From an uncultured Verrucomicrobiae bacterium (GTDB lineage: Bacteria > Chlamydiota > Chlamydiia > Chlamydiales > Rhabdochlamydiaceae), in NCBI GenBank assembly GCA_963806855.1, contig CAWDYW010000001.1, positions 1,385,275 to 1,449,274 on the forward strand: a stretch of 64,000 nucleotides of DNA, read 5' to 3'. The translations under genes and the position numbers were made by a program. Under the pieces are notes generated by a model that did not search any database, was not told the DNA's origin, and saw only the letters and a list, made by a program, of their open reading frames with translations. Of this stretch, positions 57,993-64,000 are shown piece by piece. The stretch's first letter is position 1. Each line of letters begins with the position of its first letter.

Positions 57993-58586
57993 ATGAAAGA
58001 GAAAAGAAGCTTCCCAATTTTTAATTCACACCTCGATCTAGCCCACCAGATCTGGGCCAAGGCAGCGCAGCCTGGCGACTGGGCGATCGATGCCACTTGC
58101 GGCAATGGCCACGATACAGTCTACTTGGCACAGCATTATAGCGGTGTAATCGGCCTAGACATCCAAGAAAAGGCGCTTGAAAACACTCAAAAGCTCCTTC
58201 AAGAAGGTGGAGTCGCTCATAAGGTCCAACTCTACCGCCAAAGCCACGAGACCTTCCCTTCCGTCCCCCACCCCATCCGCTTAGTGGTCTATAACCTCGG
58301 CTACCTCCCCGGGGGCGACAAAGGGCTCACCACCCGGGCTTCCTCCACCCTAGACAGCATCCGCCATGCCCTCGCCATCTCTCAGGGGCTAATTAGCATC
58401 ACCTGCTACCCCGGCCACCCAGAAGGGCAAAGGGAAGAGGAGGCCATTTTAGAGCTTTGCCAGGGCCTACCTCCAGATGAATGGAGTGTGAGCTTCCACA
58501 GCTGGAGAAACCGACAAAAAGCCCCTTCTCTGGTTCTCATTCAAAAAATGATTGGAGATCCAAAACCCATTAAACATTTACAATAA
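57993..58586 (+). CDS. Class I SAM methyltransferase (YtqB/MnmM-like)
   Basis: IDATCGNGHDT, DIQ, YNLGYLPGGDK, YPGHPEG. Confidence 0.9.
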   Translation: MKEKRSFPIFNSHLDLAHQIWAKAAQPGDWAIDATCGNGHDTVYLAQHYSGVIGLDIQEKALENTQKLLQEGGVAHKVQLYRQSHETFPSVPHPIRLVVYNLGYLPGGDKGLTTRASSTLDSIRHALAISQGLISITCYPGHPEGQREEEAILELCQGLPPDEWSVSFHSWRNRQKAPSLVLIQKMIGDPKPIKHLQ

Positions 58587-58637
58587 AACCTTTTTTGAGT
58601 TATTCTATTATGAAATTAACAAGAGAAAGGAATATCA

Positions 58638-59840
58638 ATGAGCTTTTCATCCATTACACAATATTTACCTAGTTTACCCAGTTTTCTTCAGCGAAGCACC
58701 CCTCCTGCAGACATTTTTGATGCCTGTAAAAAAGGAGATTTAGAAGCCCTTAAAACCTTCCACAAAAATGGGGTCGATCTTAATGAGGAAAGCTTCACTG
58801 GCTTTCTTCCTCTTCATTACGCCTGTAGGCGTGGTCACTTATCTGCGGTAAAATACCTCGTAGAACATGGCTCTAATGTTAATCATCTGACTAACTCCTC
58901 CCCCCTTTATTTATCCCCACTTTATTTAGCTTGTTACAATTCTCATTATGCAGTTGCAAAATATCTATTAGAGAATGGAGCTCAACCGAATCAATATCTA
59001 AAAGATGGAACAGCAACTGTTCTTCACCATGCAGATAAAATAAAACCTATGATTGCTCGCCTTTTAACTAGACATGGAGCCCTTTTAGGCGCCAAAGATG
59101 CCTTCGAAAGAATCCCATTACATAATGTCAAGAGTTACGCAATGGCTAAAGCTCTCAAAGAAGCTGGGAGTCAAATCAGCGCTAAAGATTGTGAAGGGCG
59201 AACACCTCTACAGGTCGCTCTTTCTACAAATAAGTATTACGTCGCTAGTTGCCTTAATCAGAAGGATAAATCTTGGCATGCAGTCGCCGTTCGAGAACGG
59301 GATTCTAAAGGACAGCTAAGTGAAAATAAAGAGTTCTACCTTTACGATAGCGAGACGACTGATTTGTACAACCTCGAACCAAGCGGCCTTAAATTTAGGG
59401 CCAAATCATTTGTCGTCGTTGCAGGTGCATTGCCTTTTGCCATCCTAGCGACTTTAACTAACCTCATTCAAATTGTCTCTGATATCGCGCTTGGAATCTG
59501 GACAAGCATCACGAATTTCTCAAACGAAGCATTAGCCAGTTCTCTCAAAGGTTTAGCGATCTCGATTCTTTGGGATGCTCCTGCAGCGGTCATCACTAGG
59601 ATTTATCGAGCTGCTAGCTCCCCTCTCTTTGCCATCGCAATGATTTTTGTCGGAATCTATGGTCTTCTCGATCCGATTGAAGGACGAAAAGCCTTGAATA
59701 CCATCGAAAAGAAGTGGGATGAGTCTGGCCTTCTTGATCTTGCCAAAATGAAAAGAGTGGGTAATTTGGCTGAGTCCGAAATCAATGGCTATGCCCGTTA
59801 TTATCTAACAAGTTGGGACCCAGAAGTAGAAAATTCATGA
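58638..59840 (+). CDS. Ankyrin-repeat protein with C-terminal hydrophobic domain; candidate effector
   Basis: About five ankyrin repeats (LPLHYAC, SPLYLAC, TPLQVA), Ser-rich N-terminus. Confidence 0.88.
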   Translation: MSFSSITQYLPSLPSFLQRSTPPADIFDACKKGDLEALKTFHKNGVDLNEESFTGFLPLHYACRRGHLSAVKYLVEHGSNVNHLTNSSPLYLSPLYLACYNSHYAVAKYLLENGAQPNQYLKDGTATVLHHADKIKPMIARLLTRHGALLGAKDAFERIPLHNVKSYAMAKALKEAGSQISAKDCEGRTPLQVALSTNKYYVASCLNQKDKSWHAVAVRERDSKGQLSENKEFYLYDSETTDLYNLEPSGLKFRAKSFVVVAGALPFAILATLTNLIQIVSDIALGIWTSITNFSNEALASSLKGLAISILWDAPAAVITRIYRAASSPLFAIAMIFVGIYGLLDPIEGRKALNTIEKKWDESGLLDLAKMKRVGNLAESEINGYARYYLTSWDPEVENS

Positions 59841-59878
59841 CTTAGTCTCATGGAACTTCCTTACAATTAGGCGGTTGT

Positions 59879-59908
59879 GTTTTGTGTGCAGTAGACTGCA
59901 CAAAAAAC
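59879..59908. terminator. Bidirectional terminator-like hairpin
   Basis: tgtgcag-taga-ctgcaca flanked by T and A runs between convergent genes. Confidence 0.6.
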
Positions 59909-59931
59909 AGCTTTTTTGTGCATTTATCCTG

Positions 59932-61407
59932 TCACCCATTAAGAAAATTAACTGATTCTTGCGAGGTGATTGCTTCAGCCAAATTAGACTTTCTTTTCTC
60001 TAAATTTCTATAGAAGTTTATATATTTTCCTATAGGAATTGTATGGTTCCAGAATCTTAATACTGGGTTATACTCAACTTCTTTATCAATATCCAATCCT
60101 TGAATTTTTTTATTAATCTCGTCGAGAAGCATGAGGGTTTTGGTCACAGTCATTTCTTCCCGACCATTAAATGCAAAAGGAGCTCTCTCCTCAAGATGCA
60201 TTAATTCATGAATGGCAATAACTCCATCGGGGATAATATAGCGATTATCGGTAAGCACGGGAACAGCTCCTTCACAAACCATAGCTTGTTGATGCCATTC
60301 GTTCAATTCCTTAAGCCGGCCGAATACAGGTGCAGATCCTGACCGTTCGCAGGGTTGTTGCGTCCAAGTAACAGCGTTATCTTCTGTAATCCCATACTTT
60401 CGATATTTGTCTAGGAATTGCGAATACATTTCGCGAGAGATTTTAACAGCATCCTCTGCATTTTCTCTTCTTATTATCTCATAATTTTTTGATCGGTATA
60501 TAACGCTTTGTAAATCACTAACAACATCTCCCTTAGAAACTCCATTTAGGATCATTGACAGTTCATCAGCACGTCTTCCTGTTACAGGGCTAATTGAAGA
60601 ATGGTATCCACTCTTGCATAAATAGTTGTTGCGTGTCTCTTCCGGTCCATTTACGCAATCTGCCACTCTACTGGTATTTTCAGGATCAGGGGTTCCGGCC
60701 ATAGTATTAGGACATGTCGTCAAATTCCAAGTGGCTGAATTTGAGATTATTTTCTCCCTAGGATGCGATAGCAGATCGGGGGTTATATCTGCTAGACTCG
60801 GAATTTGACGACACGCCCTAACATTTTCTAAGAGATCTAGCGCCCTTTCACAGCTCGATCGAAGACCTACAGCTCCTATGATTATTGAGAGAGTTCCTGA
60901 AACAAGATTGGCGATTTTTTGACTTGTGTTTTTATCTGATTGTCCCAAGCTCGATTGAATTGTACTCAAGCCGGAAGCAACAGATCGGCTGCTTGTATAA
61001 AGTGTGGCTGATAAAAGTAATAGATCTAAAATGAATCGATTGTTTGCGGAAAATGAAACGTAAGAATCGAGCAGCTTTAGTATGGCAATCGCATTCACAG
61101 TCGCCAGCACTCCGTGTTGCTTTAGAATATGAAGACTCTCCTCAACCGTTTTGGCTGAGCTAAGAGCCAAGCCAAATCTAGTTAAAAGAATCACATTTCC
61201 TGTTAAATTAAAGTATTTAATATTTAAAAAAGCTAAATTTGCCATATACAAAGGCATAACAGTCATTAAATGCGGAGCGGTACCGGATGCAATACCTTTG
61301 GCAACCGTCAAAATCTTTCCATATAGGCTATTTTCTTCTGGTAACAAATCAACTAGACGCTGCCTGCAAGATGAAATGACATTAGATGACAGGCTGGAAA
61401 CAAACAT
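59932..61407 (-). CDS. Membrane-associated protein with HExxH motif and an in-frame palindromic insert
   Basis: Hydrophobic N-terminal half; IHELMHLEE near 60190-60213. Confidence 0.7.
   Translation of the reverse strand: MFVSSLSSNVISSCRQRLVDLLPEENSLYGKILTVAKGIASGTAPHLMTVMPLYMANLAFLNIKYFNLTGNVILLTRFGLALSSAKTVEESLHILKQHGVLATVNAIAILKLLDSYVSFSANNRFILDLLLLSATLYTSSRSVASGLSTIQSSLGQSDKNTSQKIANLVSGTLSIIIGAVGLRSSCERALDLLENVRACRQIPSLADITPDLLSHPREKIISNSATWNLTTCPNTMAGTPDPENTSRVADCVNGPEETRNNYLCKSGYHSSISPVTGRRADELSMILNGVSKGDVVSDLQSVIYRSKNYEIIRRENAEDAVKISREMYSQFLDKYRKYGITEDNAVTWTQQPCERSGSAPVFGRLKELNEWHQQAMVCEGAVPVLTDNRYIIPDGVIAIHELMHLEERAPFAFNGREEMTVTKTLMLLDEINKKIQGLDIDKEVEYNPVLRFWNHTIPIGKYINFYRNLEKRKSNLAEAITSQESVNFLNG
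60708..60820. mobile_element. Internally deleted type D element inside a CDS
   Basis: TA-ggacatgtcgtcaaattcc...ggaatttgacgacacgccc-TA, homologous to 49207-49373; net 111 nt = 37 codons. Confidence 0.9.
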
Positions 61408-61640
61408 ATTTTTTTCCTAATTTTGTTTTAAATAAATGTTTATAACACACAAATTAATATGGTAATATATTTATTATATCGTTTTTATGACATTAAAACA
61501 ATACAGACATTTGGATTTTTTATATTAATAATAATAAAAAATCCACTATCACTCTCATTCTTAGTTTATTAAAGTAATATTAAGGTATTGTAAATATATC
61601 GTAAAGTTGATAAGATTGTGCCTAGAAGGGGGTAGTTAAT

Positions 61641-62459
61641 ATGTCAAATATTAATGAAAATATTTTCCAAGAGTTTTGTAAGGTCAGCCAAGATGTGCAA
61701 AAACTGCAGGAAAAAGTTGAAAAGAGCCCGGTCAATCCTCACGCACGAAAAATGCTCCACAAAGAACTCGAGACCATCCAAGATACGATTGAACGGTTGC
61801 GCAATGGAGCGCAGCAAACTCAAGCGCGAGCGCTCGCGCAATTCGAGGCTATCGAAACTCAAGTAATCAGTTTATATCGTGAGATTGAAGAGCGCTTCGA
61901 AAACTATGAAATTACACTCATCTCTAAGGGTGCGCTCGATTTAGGAGCATCGCTCGAAAAGGGGAAGATGTTCAAAATCGCTAAAAAAATCACAAGGCTG
62001 GAGCACAATATCCAATTCTTGTTCGAGCACAGACGCCCATCGCTTCAAAATCGGAAAATCGTCCAGTTGGCGGTCAAATTGATGGACTACGCTCATGATG
62101 CTCTTTCGAAAAAGGGGGAAACATCGAAAGAGCAGATTAAGCTGATCCATGTGCTGAAAATGCTCTTGCAAGAGGCGGTCACAAGGATGGGGATGATTGA
62201 CGATCCTCAAGAACAGGAACTCGCGATGGAACTCTATGAAATCGTCGATCTGTTGTATCGCAAAGAGACCAAAGAGGGCCTATTGAAGCTCAACTTGATC
62301 CGCTCGCAGCTCTCTCGAGCTCAGAAACGACGGGTCGATGCGGCGGACAATGATCCCGAGCAGTTGATTACCATTTTGCTCGAAATTGCAGACGGGGATC
62401 CCTGTCTCGAGTGGGAACTGGCTACACATGAGTCAGTGATTCACGCTCTGTTTGCTTAA
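61641..62459 (+). CDS. Coiled-coil hypothetical protein
   Basis: 272-aa helical ORF with G-rich RBS. Confidence 0.75.
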   Translation: MSNINENIFQEFCKVSQDVQKLQEKVEKSPVNPHARKMLHKELETIQDTIERLRNGAQQTQARALAQFEAIETQVISLYREIEERFENYEITLISKGALDLGASLEKGKMFKIAKKITRLEHNIQFLFEHRRPSLQNRKIVQLAVKLMDYAHDALSKKGETSKEQIKLIHVLKMLLQEAVTRMGMIDDPQEQELAMELYEIVDLLYRKETKEGLLKLNLIRSQLSRAQKRRVDAADNDPEQLITILLEIADGDPCLEWELATHESVIHALFA

Positions 62460-63573
62460 TGGCATTTGCCATAATGTAGAAGCTCCCACAGATGACGACA
62501 ATCTCTTTGGGAGCTTTTTCTATTGCAATTTCCACTTTTTTATCTAGGGAATAGGGGCGGCTGGAGATCGCTTGAAAAGTCTTTTCGAGCTCAAACACGG
62601 TTGCCCCATCTTCCCGGCCCGACTCGACAAAATGGACATGGGCGATTTTGTCTTCGATCGCTTGTAGGCATCCTTTGAGATCTTTGCGGCGGCTCATGCC
62701 GATGATGAAATGGAAGGTCTGATTGGGGAAGGTGTAGGCGAGCGCGTCTTTCAGTCTCGCAAAGCCATCGGGGTTGTGGGCCACGTCGAGAATGAAACGC
62801 CCTCGTCTTTCAAAACGGCAGGGCATCCGCGCTTGCAGTCCGGCTTCAACATCAGAACGAAAGGGGAGGATTTCCAGGGCAGCCTTGACGACGGCATTAT
62901 TTTCTTCTTCGTAGAGCGGCGATAGAGGGGTCACTTGGGTCAGCGGGGCGCCTACTTCTTTTGCCCTTTCGAAAATCGGCGCAGAGTGGATGCGAGGGCC
63001 GAGGACGACGTGGGTATTGGGTTTGATGATGCCGGCCTTTTGGGTGGCGATTTTGTCAAGGGTATCGCCTAGATATTCGGTATGGTCGAAGCTAATCGAG
63101 GTGATGATGGAGAGGAGGGGCTGGAGCACATTGGTCGAATCGACAGAGCCGCCAAGGCCCGCTTCGATAATGGCGATATCGACCTGCATTTCTTTAAAAT
63201 ATTGGAAACAAAAACAGGTGGCGCATTCAAAAAAATTGGGCTCAGGGTTGTCTATTTTCCCACAATAGTCGATCACTGTCTCTTTGGGAATTCTCTCCCC
63301 GTTAATGGTGATTCGCTCTTCAAATTCGGCAATGTGAGGCGAAATGTAGAGGCCGACCCGATAGCCGGCATGTTGAAGGGCGTCGGCCATTTTGCGGCTG
63401 ACACTCCCCTTCCCATTGGTGCCAGCGACGTGGACAGAAGGAAATGCCCTCTCAGGATGTCCCCACGAAGCTAATAGGCGCTGCATCACGCTCAGATCTG
63501 TGCGACGGCTGGAGATGCGCTTAAAAAGGGACTCGATAACGGTGTCATATTCTATGCTTTTCAAAAATGGCAT
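62422..63573 (-). CDS. folC: Folylpolyglutamate synthase/dihydrofolate synthase
   Basis: VHVAGTNGKGS, SPH, EAGLGG..DSTNV, DHTEYLG, LDVAHN, CGSFY. Confidence 0.95.
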   Translation of the reverse strand: MPFLKSIEYDTVIESLFKRISSRRTDLSVMQRLLASWGHPERAFPSVHVAGTNGKGSVSRKMADALQHAGYRVGLYISPHIAEFEERITINGERIPKETVIDYCGKIDNPEPNFFECATCFCFQYFKEMQVDIAIIEAGLGGSVDSTNVLQPLLSIITSISFDHTEYLGDTLDKIATQKAGIIKPNTHVVLGPRIHSAPIFERAKEVGAPLTQVTPLSPLYEEENNAVVKAALEILPFRSDVEAGLQARMPCRFERRGRFILDVAHNPDGFARLKDALAYTFPNQTFHFIIGMSRRKDLKGCLQAIEDKIAHVHFVESGREDGATVFELEKTFQAISSRPYSLDKKVEIAIEKAPKEIVVICGSFYIMANAIKQTERESLTHV

Positions 63574-64000
63574 CGAATGTCTCCTTACCTACCCAGGAAC
63601 AGCCGAGAGGTATCCCAGGTTTGATTAGTCCATGAAAATCAGATCCTCCACTCATCAATAGCCCTTTTGATCTAGCCAATTTCACCCACTTTTTCTCCTG
63701 GTCAGGCGTGCATTTAGCGTAATAGCATTCGATTCCGTCGAAGGGCTTTTTCAGCAGTTCATGGACCGGGTAGCCCCCCATCAAGTGGGGATGGGCTATA
63801 AAGGCCTTGCCGCCGGCAGCATGGATCACCTCGAGGGTCTCCTCGGTCGAAATCGGCACTCCAGGGTCAAAGCATGGTTTCCCATCACCTATCCACTTGT
63901 GGAAAGCCTCTTGGACCGAAGTGACATAGCCGCTTTCGACCAGCGCCTGTGCAATGTGGGGCCGCCCCATCGTTTGTCCCTGATGCTCCTCAAAGGCGAT
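63545..64000 (-). CDS. PHP-domain phosphoesterase (YciV/TrpH-like), 5'-partial
   Basis: GRPHIA, IAHP, DGIECY, SGGSDFHG. Confidence 0.9.
   Translation of the reverse strand: MAFEEHQGQTMGRPHIAQALVESGYVTSVQEAFHKWIGDGKPCFDPGVPISTEETLEVIHAAGGKAFIAHPHLMGGYPVHELLKKPFDGIECYYAKCTPDQEKKWVKLARSKGLLMSGGSDFHGLIKPGIPLGCSWVGKETFDAIFEKHRI

Overview
Bacterial chromosomal segment whose gene content points to an environmental chlamydia (inference from family knowledge): chlamydial-type yhhQ-tgt, many large eukaryote-like or orphan proteins, and a DUF3638-type giant protein. Housekeeping genes: tRNA-Ser(TGA), tRNA-Val(GAC), a degenerate thrS-like gene followed by infC-rpmI-rplT-pheS-ABC-F, tdk, folC, hsp20, an ABC/TolC exporter operon, an acetate-CoA ligase/GNAT fusion, an AbiE type IV toxin-antitoxin pair with its operator, and nfeD-flotillin. 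The most unusual signals are: (1) a translationally coupled array of six paralogous membrane-anchored atypical kinase-like genes (1862-6647); (2) several ~165-bp palindromic insertion elements with unrelated outer arms but a shared hairpin tip, two inserted exactly into stop codons, one nested inside another, and one degenerate copy sitting in-frame inside a protein; (3) a catalytically eroded but intact ThrRS paralog; (4) a paralog family of Cys-patterned C-terminally anchored proteins; (5) a 3459-aa protein with a protease-like triad and a P-loop domain. Many single-base frameshifts, including in tgt, suggest indel errors in the assembly, so pseudogene calls are provisional.
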